Of a DNA stretch of 64,000 nt, positions 1 to 13,419 are shown piece after piece. Within the stretch, counting starts at the first letter, position 1; the number at the start of each line of letters is the position of its first letter. The DNA lies in NCBI GenBank assembly GCA_951406725.2, contig OX597817.1, forward strand, positions 51,150,001 through 51,214,000, given 5' to 3'. The notes beneath the pieces were generated by a model. It saw nothing but the letters and a program-made list of their open reading frames with translations. It had not been told where the DNA came from and did not search any database. The DNA is from Octopus vulgaris (lineage: Eukaryota). A program made the translations under genes and the position numbers.

Positions 1-59
<59 letters not shown>

Positions 60-805
60 AAGTAGGGCAAGCAACAGGTTGCTTAGCCACATACCGCCGA
101 AAAATTAGAAATAGCAGTCAAAGACCGCTTCTTTCTATTTTCTACACATATAACTCCACATATAACATATACATGTAACTCACATATGTAAAACAGGATG
201 AAAAATAACGGAAACAAACAAAGTCTTCAGTTAGTTGCGGGTGAGTTTCTGTGTCAGAATTATAAACAAATTCATTCCCTTCTTCAGCGTAACATTCCTT
301 TAGATAGATTTACAAATGTTAACTTACATAACTCTCGCTTTCCGACCCCGCACCATCGGAAATAGCATGAGACAATTAACATAGGCTAAATCCATATAGA
401 CGAATGAATTCGTATCTTCCCTCCAAAATGTATGTATGTACGTATGTATGTATGTGCGTATGTATATATATATGTATGTGCGTATGTATGTTTGTATGTA
501 TGTATGTATGTACGTATTTATGTATGTACGTATGTATGTATGTTTCTATGTATGTATGTATGTATGTATATGCGTATGAATGTATGCATATCTCGCGGAG
601 GCCTCAAAAGACACTTTAAGATCCATAAAGATCAGAGCTTAGCTGCAGCTCTTGGTTGTACAAAGCAGATATTGCAATCTAAGTAGGGGTCTTTTCAAAA
701 CAAAGTCTACTTTAAAAGGCCATATCAGACGCCATGATAGATCTAAAGTGTAAGTACAAAGAATAGACAATCGCCATATATGTATGTATGTATACATGTA
801 TCTAT

Positions 806-879
<74 letters not shown>

Positions 880-2063
880 GTCTAACTATCTATCTATATA
901 TCTATCTATCTATCTATTACAAACTGCATATATTGGCAATACTTGAAAATATAATGTTAGATTTAAATATTGACCATTTACATTTCGTGTAACTCAAAAA
1001 AACTATACGACACTAAGATGAACCATAGTATTTAGGCTTGTGTGTGTTTGTATACAGGCTGGTGTGCTTGTTTAAAGAACGATAAAGATATGTTCTCTGT
1101 ACGTCCTGCAGAGTTTATATTTATCAGGAAACCTTTGAGAATTTATTATGCTGCCCCTCAGAGAGACTCCATCACATGCACGATGCGCATGCGTGAAACT
1201 ATGACGCAGTAGGATGAGTTATTGAAGTGTGAATCATCGATACACACACAAACACACACACCTACACGCACACACGTAGTCGGTGTCACCCATACTCATA
1301 AAAGGCATACACACACGCACAAACACGCACACAAAACACACATATACGCATTCACACATACACAAACGCAGACACAAACGCACATACAAGCAGAAATAAC
1401 GAGAGATAGTAGACCAGTAAATAATTACATAGATATTTTCCAAAGCTATTTTATCCTAGTTATTTAAAATGGAAAAAATCAATAGAGGAATGATTAATTT
1501 TTGTATTAAATTTATGTTTAATTATTTATTAATTACTTATAATTACGTTGTTATTTTCTTGTTGAGAATTTTACATTCCCCTGGAGTAATAAAAATATCG
1601 TAGTCATAAAAGTCAACAAGATAATTTAGTTTTAGTGTTTCAACCTCCCGATTGACTACAAAATTTTGACAGAACTGAACAATATTGAAAGTCATTAAGC
1701 GTTCTTAAGGCAATTCTCTCATTCTTATTCGGTTTATTAAACTCTACTTCTCTAATTCTTTCCGCTTCTCTCGGCTATTTCTTTCCAATTTATTACACTT
1801 AATATATAAAATGACATGCTTCTCGGAGAAGCACATTAAACTCCGAAAAATTGGCAGAATTCTTATGATCATGTTTTAGGCGTGGCTAAGTGATAAGAAT
1901 CTTGCTTTCCAAACATATATTGTTTCGGGTTCAGTTCCAGTGTGTGGCACCTTGGCGAAGCGTTTCCTATTCCTGCCACGTGTAGACAAAAAGCCTTGTG
2001 AGTGAAACACAAAGAAGCCTGTTGGAAACACAAAGACGAACACTAAAAGAAGCCTGTCATATG

Positions 2064-2132
<69 letters not shown>

Positions 2133-2134
2133 TG

Positions 2135-2349
2135 AGTCACCATGATAGATCGTTAGCCACTACATACATTTTTTCTCTTCTTTTTTCTCTCCTTTTTTCT
2201 CTCCTTGTTTTTTTCTGTGTCCCCTTCTGTAGAAGAGCGTAGGCTCGAAACGTAAAAGACCTTTTCTATTACTGAGCGTTATACTAATACATCTGTTTGT
2301 TTTGTACACCACCTGTCTTCGTCTTTTATTTTTTTCGTAAACTCTCCCT
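2135..2349 (+). mobile_element. Solo Penelope pseudo-LTR fragment with HHR-like motif (2221-2260)
   Basis: Aligns with 44817-45025; CTT-CTGTAGA-A-GAGCGTAGGCTC-GAAAC-GTA-AAAGAC; flanked by TA/TG/CA microsatellites. Confidence 0.85.
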
Positions 2350-2351
2350 AA

Positions 2352-2407
<56 letters not shown>

Positions 2408-2669
2408 TGCTGTATTTGCGTAAGTTGTCTAAAAAACATAAGTCGTCTAAAATGTCTTCAAGGCGGAGCTCTAGCATGGCCACAGTCAAACGACTGACAC
2501 GGGTAAATGAATAAAAGAGTAAAAGAATTAAGGTATACATTTAATACGAAAATGAATCATTTTACCATTGATTTTCATTTAAAAACATGCTGGATAAATT
2601 GTTTTGAAAACTTCCTATCTATCTATTTATATGTCTACGTGCACTGACTCTTTACTTTCCCTTTAATAT

Positions 2670-2901
2670 ATGTGTGTGTGTTTATATGTCTGTGTTTGTC
2701 CCCCCCAACATCACTTGACCACTGATGCTGGTGTGTTTACGTCCCCGTAACTTAGCGGTTCGGCAAAAAGAGAACGATAGAATAAGTACTAGGCTTACAA
2801 AGAATAAGTCCTAGGGTCGATTTGCTCGACTAAAAGACAGTGCTCCAGCATGGCCGCAGCTAAACGACTGAAACAAGTAAAAGAGTAAAGAGAGTAAAGA
2901 G
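2670..2901 (+). mobile_element. SINE family A 3' half (a diverged head lies at 1878-2060)
   Basis: Matches the family A 3' region. Confidence 0.85.
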
Positions 2902-3519
2902 TAAGATAACCTTCTGGTCGAATTGAACATTATATGCTGGTAAAAACTTTATACAGTCTATCAATTTCGGCGTATCTTCCGTTTACGAATAGCCTTCGAG
3001 AAAGAAACTTACGATATCACGATATATATTTCAATTTATTGCTCACATAACACTGACATGAATTATGGCTTTAATATTCTAATCTGAAGTGTGGAGGTCT
3101 AAAGGAAAAAATTATAATAAAAGTCACAATCGTTTGACTTCTATTTTCACTTATCAAATCTCATTGGTCAATTCTGTTTGTTTTTACAGGGAAGATATAC
3201 GAAAGAAAAGCCTTTTGAGGCAATATTTCATATCCCCCCGCCTCACTGATTTTTGTCTGTAATATTAAGTCTAACAACAAATAGTTATTTGATATTTATG
3301 ATATATAGTCCACAGCTGCATCATAATCTCTCGAGTATTCATATTTCTAATTAGAAAAAAAATCGATAGAGTGGTTTTATTTTTTATTTCGCGATTCCTT
3401 AACCCTATCCGAGAGGGTGCGTATCACGGCGATTAGGACATCTCTATATATACTACGTCGAGTTGCTACTTCTTCAAAATGAGAGGTGACTGTTCCGGTG
3501 AACAAACACATGGACGCGG

Positions 3520-3705
3520 TTATAATGCAGCTGGAAAAAATTGTGTCGGAATCTTTACGCCAGGAAATATCGCAGGAGAACCCGGGGTAAACGAAACAGG
3601 AGATAGTTGGGTAAATGGCGATGCCGTGCAATTCAGCGAGAAAGGGTAATGCACGTTGCTTCTGATAGGAGCCTGTGGAGGAGGAGTTTCTTGAGCTCTC
3701 TTCTC
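3520..3705 (-). CDS. Candidate terminal coding exon of an unidentified host gene
   Basis: A frame opens directly after TAG (possible acceptor): EKRAQETPPPQAPIRSNVHYPFSLNCTASPFTQLSPVSFTPGSPAIFPGVKIPTQFFPAAL*; non-repetitive within the window and GC-richer; AATAAA near 3380 on the minus strand. Confidence 0.35.
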   Translation of the reverse strand, partial: EKRAQETPPPQAPIRSNVHYPFSLNCTASPFTQLSPVSFTPGSPAIFPGVKIPTQFFPAAL

Positions 3706-4682
3706 CTACGATCCTCCCACGAAAAGTGAGCGGGGGAAATGGATGCGTAGTTTGATGGATTGATGGATGGGTAGAGGGGTGGGTGGATGGATTGATACAT
3801 GGAAGGAAGTAAGGAACAACAATCAGCAAATGAGAATGATCTATGCCAATAGCTAACTAGAATGCATGGTTTTCAGAAGTAGATTTGTTTCTCACTTGAA
3901 TCGAACACAATCTCGTAAACCAAGGAAATGAACTTGATATTTGTATGCATTTACAGCTAACGACTTTGAATTTTACTTCCAGTACCATTTCTGAAGATAT
4001 AAGGTAAATCATGTAGACGAGTGACAGGATCCATTCATGTGACTCTATCATATTTGGCCTGTGTTTCTTACTAGTGTCGCGGTCCAATTTACTAATAATT
4101 CTGTACTCCATAAACGAGCCCATTCGAGGGCATGATTCGCTTGCCGTAGCAAATCCTGTTCTTCTCCGTGGAAACGCTACCACGGAGAGACAACTCACTG
4201 ATTTACACTGAGAAGAAAAAAGCATATACAATAACTACCTGTTTGGATCCTTATTTTTCGGAATGATTTTAGTTCTCCGCTTCAAACAATAATGGTTTCA
4301 AATTTTGGCACCAAGCTGACAATTTGTGGGGGGAAAGATTAAATCGGTTAGCACCAAATGCATTGCCCATTTGGTAATGCACAACTTCATGAAATGTAAA
4401 GTCGAATTTGGAGGAATTTTAGCTCAGAAGGTGAAGATGGACGAAATACATCAAAGTGTTGCCCGACGTACCACCGACCCTGCGAACTCGCCGCCTTGCT
4501 TCTTGGAATATTACTGATCTATGATAGAATAAAAACATGTGGATATTCAGAAGTGTCTCAGAATCGTGGGTTTCTGATAATTTTTAGGATTAATATACGA
4601 TAATAAATAGTGATATGTTGGTGTCTACGAACGTTATTGGCTCAGAAAATCGGTGAACGATAGAAAAGCCATCGCAAGCATG

Positions 4683-6302
4683 TATTGGGTTGGCAACTAA
4701 GTTACTCTTTACTCTTTTACTCTTTTACTTGTTTCAGTCATTTGACTGCGGCCATGCTGAAGCACCACCTTTAGTCGAGTAAATCGACCCCGGGACTTAT
4801 TCTTTGTAAGCCCAGTACTTATTCTATCGGTCTCTTTTTGCCGAACCGCTAAGTTACGGGGACGTAAACACACCAGCATCGGTTGTCAAGCAATGCTAGG
4901 GGGACAAACACACACACACACACACACATATATACATATATATACATATATACGACAGGCTTCTTTCAGTTTCTGTCTACCAAATCCACTCACAAGGCAT
5001 TGGTCGGCCCGGGGCTATAGCAGAAGACACTTGCCCAAGATGCCACGCAATGGGACTGAACCCAGAACCATGTGGTTGGTTAACAAGCTATTTACCACAC
5101 AGCAATGCAGTTCCCGTATTTTTTTTTTAATTTTGGAATTTATTGCGTTTTTAAATTCTGGAAACCTTTTTCTTTTCGAGAGTTCTATTTTGGAATCAAT
5201 TTTGTTTTTGTTTTGTTTTTTTCTAGTTAATTTTAGTTAAGTTTTGTTTAGTTTCAGCTCATTGAAATGGAATGTCAAGTTAAGAGAAACGAGCATTTTC
5301 GACACCTCCTTTTTTGCTTTTAATCAAGGTTCTTAGGCCGCAAAAGCTGCTCGCGACATTTGTGCTGTGTATGGAGAGGGTGCCATAGGTGAAAGAACCG
5401 CTCGTGATTGGTATGCCAAGTTCAAAAATGGAAAGATGCACCTCGTTCTGGCCCGCCAGTTGAGTTCGATAAAGACCGATTAAACAAACTTTTGCAAACG
5501 ACAGGGGAACTGGCAGAGAAAATAAAATGGGTTCTGCATGCTTTAAGTGACAACAACAAAAGTCATCGATCCACAATCTCCTCTCGTTTGCTTGCTCGTC
5601 ACCCCTCAACTCATGGATATAAGCAACGATTTCTTTACTGAATCGTTACTGGCGACGTAAAATGGTGCCTGTACATCATTATGAAGCAACGCAAGGAATG
5701 GTTTAGTCCCGGTAAACAAGTGACACGTGCGTGAAACAAGATCTTCATCTGCGTAAAACGATGTTGTGCGTATGGTGGGACTGGGGAGGGATTACCCATT
5801 ACGAATTGCTTGAACGAAACCAAACGAACAACGCCGAACTCTACGTTCAACAGATGGAACGACTCAACACGGCTATTCAAGAGAAAAGACCTAATCGGCA
5901 GCATGGAGGTCTTCTGCTGCACAACAACGCCCGCCCTCATATCGCCAATATGACCAAGGAAGCCATTCAAACGCATGGCTGTGAAATGCTGCCACACCTG
6001 CCGTGCTCTCTTGATTTGGCACTAACGGATTTCCACCTCTTTCGATCTCTTTCAAATGCTATGCGCGGAGTTTCGTTCAATACTGATGCAGAATTGAGAG
6101 CTTGGTTGGATCAATTTTCAATTTTTCGGGTCGAAATTGGGTGATTTCTACCGACGAGGTATTGAATATTTTGTTGAACGTTGGGAAGAAGTTGTACACA
6201 AGGGTGAATACATTATTTTTTAATTAGTTGTTATTTTTTATTAAACCTTTAAAAAATTTTTATTTAAAATACAACGGCAGGAAGTTATTTGCAAACCCAA
6301 TA
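4683..6302 (+). mobile_element. Mariner transposon, decayed, left TIR interrupted by a SINE
   Basis: TIRs TATTGGGTTGGCAACTAAGTT / AAGTTATTTGCAAACCCAATA; transposase motifs IVTGDVKW, MLCVWWD, LLHNNARPH, LPHLPCSLDLALTDFHLFRSL; frameshifts. Confidence 0.93.
4704..5103 (-). mobile_element. tRNA-derived SINE family A (CORE-like, octopus OR2-type), near full length
   Basis: B-box GGTTCAGTCCC, CORE-like TTGGGCAAGTG, internal TA/TG microsatellite, 3' stem-loop and (AAAAGAGT)n tail. The family name is recalled, not searched. Confidence 0.85.
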
Positions 6303-7534
6303 TATATTCTTTCTTTTCTACTCAAATCACAAGGCCCGAAAGTTTTGGGGAGGTGAGCCAATCGATTAGATCGACCCAAGTACACAACTGGTACTTAATT
6401 TATCGACCCCGAAATGAAAAGCAAAGTCGACCTCGGCGGAATTTGAACTCAGAACATAAAGACAGACGAAATACCGCTGTACTCTTTCACCATAACTTTC
6501 TCTCACTTTTTCTTTTTACTTCTGCCACAAAGCAGAGGAACCCTGATATAACTCACTAAGGTGTGGCAAAATTTCAGTCCCTAGTCTAGATTGCGAATCC
6601 TCCACCCATTAATATCCACCGTTTACGGAATGAGAATGACAACGTAGCTTTCGTGCCTGTGCAATCGCCAGTCTATCGCGTGTGGTGGATGGATCTTCAA
6701 GTTGCCACACGCATTCTTAGTAGCTTAGAATAGGCTCGAATTAGAGATTATTCTTTGTGGCTTAATGGCGTGAGTCCTGATTGGAAGAAGAACAACAACA
6801 ACAACAACAACAAGACAGCAGCAGCAGCGGCAACAGCAGTAGTAGTAGTTGATTTCGTGATAACACTTAATATCGGTAAAAAATAAAAAACAACGACGTT
6901 ATTGCCGATCGTTAATGAAATATAAGCCGACGTTTTTTTTTTTCAGTAACCAATAAGAGATAAAAAAAAAATGGTATGTATATAATTAATTATCGGTTAC
7001 AGAATGGATAATTACGATGAAGTAGTGTTTTTTCATAAAAAGTCATGGACTTACAAAAATATTAAAACGAATAACGTATGACACAGTTAATACATGACAT
7101 CATATAAGTGACATTTAACACGACGCAAAGCAATGTTAATTTTTTATCTGTAATAAAATATCAAAGAATATTTAGTTTAAAATGCTGCATCTCAAGTAAT
7201 CGTTTGATAATAAAATTTATATATTGATTAAATACTAAAATACATGCTCCTTAAACGCTAAGCAGGATATAATATTTTAGAAGCAAACGTGTTTCTGATA
7301 TGGACGTATGATCTGTAGTAAGATCAATATTTTACTTATTGTGACAGTATTTTTATATAGTAAGATGGATTACCTGAAATTCATTGTTATGGAACTTAAC
7401 GTTATTTTGCAGGCTAACTTTTAAATAATTACAGGTTATATAGAGATGAAAATATTATTTGATATCATAAAAAAAGGCGAAATTAAAAGGCTTGCAATAT
7501 TAACAAACACGCTGCTGGTAGTAAAATATCAACA

Positions 7535-7835
7535 AAGGCGGCGAGCTGGCAGAAACGTTAGCACGCCGGGAGAAATGCGTAGCCGTATTTCGTCTGCCGT
7601 TACGTTCTGATTTCAAATTCCGCCGAGGTCGACTTTGCCTTTCATCCTTTCGGGGTCGATAAATTAAGTACCAGTTACGCACTCTAATCGACTTAATACC
7701 TATGTCTGTCCTTGTTTGTCCCCTCTATGTTTAGCCCCTTGTGGGTAATAAAGAAATAGGTATTTCTCTGCCGTTACGTTCTGAGTTCAAATTCCGCCGA
7801 GGTCAACTTTGGCTTTCATCCTTTCGGGGCAATAA
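7535..7835 (+). mobile_element. SINE family B, 1.5-mer with TSD AATATCAACAA
   Basis: Family match; short direct repeat on both sides. Confidence 0.85.
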
Positions 7836-7973
7836 AGAATTAAAAATATAATATCAACAAAACCCTCAAAGCATTAATCAAGCATAATATTTTAGAAGGT
7901 CAATTAGTTGCGTTCCATAAGGTGCATGACCACCAGCACCGAAATTGGCATCTGAAATCTTTCATTCGTTAAT

Positions 7974-8172
7974 TCTTTTACTTGTTTCAGTCATATGACT
8001 GCCGCCATGCTAAAACACCACCTTTAGTCGAAGAAATCGACCACAGGAGTTACTCTTTGTAAGGCTGGTACTTACTCTATCAGTCCTTATGCTGAACCGC
8101 TAAGATACGGGTACGTAAATACACCAACATCGGTTGTCAAGCGATGGGGGTAGGGACAAACACAGACACAAA

Positions 8173-8210
<38 letters not shown>

Positions 8211-8229
8211 GATATATATATATATATAT

Positions 8230-8268
<39 letters not shown>

Positions 8269-8348
8269 TGACGGGCTTCTTTCAGTTTCCGTCTACCAAA
8301 TCTGCTCACAAGGTTTTGGTCGGCCCGAAGCTATAGTAGAAGACGCTT
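7974..8348 (-). mobile_element. SINE family A, head truncated
   Basis: Matches 4704-5035. Confidence 0.85.
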
Positions 8349-8393
8349 GTTTTAAATAATTTTCTTAAAACAGCCGTAATTATAGTGAGAGTG

Positions 8394-8680
8394 AAGGCGA
8401 GTGGCTTGGTAGCTAGGAGTATTCGGCTCTCAATCGTAAGATTGTGAGTTCAATTCCCAGCCGTACATTGTCTCCTTGAGCAAAACACTTTATCTCACGT
8501 TGCTGCAGTCCACTCCGCTGGCAAAAATGAGTTGCACCTGTATTTCAAAGGGCCAGCCTTGTCACACTCTGTATCTCCTGGTAGACTACATTAAGGGTAC
8601 GTGTTTGTAGAGTACTCAGTCACTTACACTTTAATTTCAGAAACAGGTTCTTTTGATCGAAGCCTCTCATCATACCCAAC
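8394..8680 (+). mobile_element. tRNA-derived SINE family C (diverged relatives near 38720-38960, 39120-39230 and 63600-63790)
   Basis: A/B boxes GTGGCTTGGTAG and GAGTTCAATTCC, then TCCTTGAGCAAAACACTTTAT. Confidence 0.6.
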
Positions 8681-9409
8681 GGAACGCAAGTTCATATAGT
8701 GAGAATGGATTGGTACTCCTCCACCATCTAATGATGAGGATTCAGATCTCCGATTCCAAATCTCTTTTCGTTGGATTAGCACATACGTGGCTGAATATTC
8801 TGCAGAAACGTGTACCCTATAACCATTTCTCAATAAATATCTGTGTAACACAGTGTGTCACAAAGCTATAGCGTTCATTCAGTGAAACAGATCTTACGAT
8901 GGGTTTCTTTACGGATTCAAGCTGCCCAATTTCCCTTACAAGCTATGGGCTGACTGAACCTATAAGAAATGACATTATGACATTTGCACAAGGTGCCACG
9001 GAGGAATCGAAATTTCGAACTCGTGCTCGGGAAGGAAACTTGTTAATCATACAGCTATTCTGCGCCAACTTTTAAGAATGCATAACGCATTCAGCAAGCA
9101 TCGTTTCTCAAAACGCAATAAACTAACGAATGCCTTTGAACATTTTTGATAAACTTCTGACATTTTGTATTTGCGTCTAATTCCTGTATTTGCGTTTAAG
9201 TGTCCACTCTGATTGCATTTAATGATCTACTACATTTGTATCTAATATACGAATTGGTCCATTGATGTATTTTCTTTCAGCAATATTAAGGAAAATTATA
9301 TTCAGTACCACTATATTCCTTGTAGCTAGCTCTCTTTCAGGTAGGTCTTTCTCTCTCACTCTCTCTCTTTTTTCTCATTCCCCCTATCTTTCTTTCTCTC
9401 TCTTTCTTA

Positions 9410-9502
<93 letters not shown>

Positions 9503-9531
9503 TAGATAGATAGATAGATAGATATATAGAC

Positions 9532-9577
<46 letters not shown>

Positions 9578-10040
9578 AGATAGATAAGAGATAGCTAGAT
9601 AGATTATCGATAAAGATAGATAGAGAGAGGGAAAATAGACAGACAGGGAGGTACGCACGCAGACAGATACTTATCCCTCTCTGCCTTTACAACAGAGTAG
9701 CATATCCGTGCATGTGTGTGTTTGCGTGTGTACACACATAAGCGCGCGCGCACACATACACGTACACATCACACATAGCTTACACCACCGCACACTATTT
9801 TCATCGACTATCGACTTGAAATTGTAACAAGCAACTGGTGGTAGCAGCATTTACGTTTCCAGAGAAAATCTAGATTTTATTAAAAACATTGGTGCTTGCG
9901 TCTTTCAAAGAAGCAGCAAATATTTTCATTGACTTCTCCCAGAAATTTATGTTTTTGCCTTGTGGTTTTCTCTTCCTTTGGAAATTCAGGTTCAATTTCC
10001 TGCCCCAACTCACAAGACGATGGGATTTCACTACTGGTTA

Positions 10041-10823
10041 AAGGTGGCGAACTAGAAGAAACGTTAGTGCGCCGGGCGAAATGCTTAGCGGTATTTCGTC
10101 TGCCGATACGTTCTGAATTCAAATTCCGCCGAGGTCGACTTTGCCTTTCATCGTTTCGGGGTCGGTAAATTAAGTACTAGTTACGCACTGGGGTCCATGT
10201 AATCGACTTAATACCTTTGTCTGTCTTTGTTTGTCTCCTCTGTGTTTAGCCCCTTGTGGGTAATAAAGAAATAGGTATTTCGTCTGCCGTACGTTCTGAG
10301 TTCAAATTCCGCCGAGGTCGACTTTGCCTTTCATCCCTTCGGGGTCGGTAAATTAAGTACTAGTTACGCACTGGGGTCCATGTAATCGACTTAATACCTT
10401 TGTCTGTCCTTGTTTGTCCACTCTGTGTTTAGCTGCTTGTGGGTAGTAAAGAAATAGGTATTTCGTCTGCCGCCACGTTCTGAGTTCAAATTCCGCCGAG
10501 GTCGACTTTGGCTTTCATCCTTTCGGGGTCGTTTAAATAAGTAGCAGTTACGCACTGGGCTCGATACAATAGACTTAATCCGTTTCCCTGTCCTTGTTTG
10601 TCCTCTCTGTTTAGCTCCTTGTGGGTAGTAAAGAAATAGGTATTTCGTCTGATTTTACGTTCCGAGTTCAAATTCCGCCGAGGTCGACTTTGCCTTTCAT
10701 CCTTTCGGGGTCGTTTAAATAAGTACCAGTTACGCACTGGGGTCGATATAATCGACTTAATCCGTTTGTCTGTCCTTGTTTGTCCTCTCTGTGTTTAGCC
10801 CCTTGTGGGTAGTAAAGAAATAG
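10041..10823 (+). mobile_element. SINE family B (Meta-domain-like), one head plus four tandem ~183-bp bodies
   Basis: Head GGTGGCGAACTAGAAGAAACGTTAG; units start with TATTTCGTCT at 10092, 10276, 10459 and 10641; core GAGGTCGACTTTGCCTTTCATCCTTTCGGGGTCG. Confidence 0.88.
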
Positions 10824-12509
10824 GTTATAATAGCGTGCCTGAGCATCTGATCGCTCACTTGCAAAAGAGTCGACAGAGGGCAAGAGAGAGAGAGAAAGAG
10901 AAAGGGGAAGAGAGAGCAGAAATTAAGGTCCTACATCATCTCCAGAGTTGTGACACCTGGTTTTCGAGAGAGCGTGATCTTCTGCTCAAGTTCCTGTTTC
11001 TCCTGCTTTTCTCCACAATATTGTTTTCCTTTTGATATCATGTTCTCCCAAACCTCTCAGCAAAAGCCCTACACATGCCCATTGTATCCAGGATACAGCA
11101 GATACGTCTTTTACCCTACGTCAAACCAGTCATTATGGTAGAAGCTCCGCGAATGATTTATTAGTTTCGATTTGTGTTTTCCACTTTCTCGATCGATGCC
11201 ATCTTCGTTTAAAACGCAAGAAGCAAGTCCTCTATTTTCTACCCCGCTTTTAAGAGAGATTACTTTGGCCCACTTATATTACAGTGCGTTTTCAATGGCG
11301 TTTGCAAACCACATCTGTTTTCTGAGAAGAAAGCAACATAACATTTCGTGTTTGCATTTGGTTTACAAGAGTTTCGATCCGAAATCATGTGCTGAAATAT
11401 ATTTAGAGGACCTTCAGAACAATAATAAAAGAAATGCATTGGTTTTATTTCACCTTATTTTTATTTAACAATTGGTTAGCCATTTAGCAAATCAGTCGTT
11501 GAGGAATTTTTCAGTAAATCAATCAACTCAATTGAGTGAACGTGTGATCGATAGGAAAATTGATTTAGTAAACGGTTAGCCTATTCACAAATAAATGTAT
11601 AGAAGTGAAAAAAGTCAGTTCGTGTGTTGTATATTGGTATAGTATAATGACCGTCCCGAGGTACACCAAGTTGCATTTTTTTTTAGTTGCTCTTTCGAAT
11701 AAATGTCGAACAGCGGGACACTGTTCTTTTTATAACTGTCTCCCTCACATTGGTCCTTTCACCGAGAAATGATTCATGTTATAATATTCTATAATATTTA
11801 TTGTTCGGGCAAAGGTGCGTTGCCATGCAGAAATATTGGAAATGTTTGCGTATTGCAAAGAAATTGTGTACGTATCAGTGTTGATGTTGTCGTTGTTGTT
11901 GTTGTCTTTGACAGATTTCTGCTCGATGTATTCACACAAACACTTTTTGGCTGTTAAAATATTGTTTTCTTTTTGTTGCTGCTCAACATTAACTATTTCA
12001 CTCAGCAATAAAATTTCTTTTCGGTTTTATTTTTGTGTGTGTGGACTGTGAGAATTTATTCATAGCCGTTTTTCTTTATCGGGCGTCACTTGGAATTTTC
12101 TAAGCCATTTGTCTGTGGGTAGACAATATGGTGAAGTAATAAAATTTGTCTAAAAAATAACAAATATATTTTTTTTTCGATGTTCAAATTCTGTAAGGGT
12201 AGGCTCCAAACAATCTGTTGGCGAAATAGTTCAAAAAATTTATATTTCTTCCCTTCAAGGTGTGATATTTAAAAGTTATCCGACTACTACTAATACTACT
12301 ACTACTACTGTTACTGCTGCTGGTGGTAATACTGCTACCACCATCACCACAACCATTATGAATCTTATCACTACTGATGCTTCTCATAGTAGTAATAATG
12401 ATTTAAATTTTTTGCCACAAGGGCAGCTTGGGGGAGAGTATTAAGTCGATTACATCGACCCCAGTGCGTAACTGGTACTTATTTAATCGACCCCGAAAGG
12501 ATGATTTTT

Positions 12510-12860
12510 TTCAGCTATGCACAGCAACCTTATTCCCCTGTGATTATCACACACACTTTTGGTCCCCTTAATATTCATGACAGTATCAAATCCTCTTGTA
12601 AAGGAGCTCTAGGGTTCGTCAAACGCTTACACCAAGATTGGTTTGATGAGAATGATTTTCTAATTAAATCTCTCCTAGAAACTACGCACAAGAGACACAG
12701 GGCATGTATCTCAGACAAAAACTCATCACCACTCAGATCCCTATACACATCTCGAAAACTACACAGAAAAAAACTGCATGAGATGAAACATTTTTGGTGG
12801 GCAAACGAAGCCCAAGAATTGGAAGAGTCTGCTAATAATAATGAAAATTCTTTCCTATAG
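12510..12860 (+). mobile_element. RTE-clade LINE ORF2 fragment (EN-RT linker)
   Basis: LGFVKRLHQDWFDEND..IKSLL...MKHFWWANEAQELE resembles the RTE/BovB linker. Confidence 0.7.
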
Positions 12861-13384
12861 GGGCACGATGCCTCACATTTTGAGGGAGTGGACAAGCCGA
12901 CTACATCGACCAGAGTGTTACACTGATACTAAATTTATCGACCCCGAAAATATAAAAGGTAAAGTTGACCTCGGTGGAATTTGAACTCAGAAGGTAAAGA
13001 CGGAAGAAATGCCGCCCAGTATTCCACCCGGCGTGCTAACGATCCTGCCAGCTCGCCAACTTGAAAATAGTAATAATGATTTCATTTATCTGCCACAAGG
13101 GCGAAGGATGAGGGGAACAATACAGAGACTGAAATAAAATGTGTAGGTTTACATATAATACTGAAAGGATAAATAAAGTATACACGGTATATGCATAGCA
13201 TAAAAAGGTAAAAAGAAAAGATAATTCTAACTGGGCCTACCTTCTAGGTTATGTGCTGTTTATCTGAATATGAGGTCAGATATGATTTTGACGAGTAGTT
13301 ATGACGGGTGTATTGTGTTTCATATATTTCATATATTTGTACCCAAGCTTCACTCTGGTGGTGTGTGCTACTCACTAAAAAATG

Positions 13385-13419
<35 letters not shown>

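Noticed and set aside
200-300. Minus-strand CTGAAGA...GAAAC near the window start
   Set aside because: No supporting stems or NUH site.
404-992. ORFs rich in YI, CV, YLSI, poly-I/Y/S throughout the window
   Set aside because: Translations of microsatellites, not genes.
7500-7682. Recurrent ORFs such as RNWYLIYRPRKDERQSRPRRNL and FSFRLPNPLTR
   Set aside because: Chance frames in SINE families A and B.
10041-10823. CRISPR-like or tRNA gene array
   Set aside because: Units are whole SINE bodies with no unique spacers and no complete cloverleaf; eukaryotic context.
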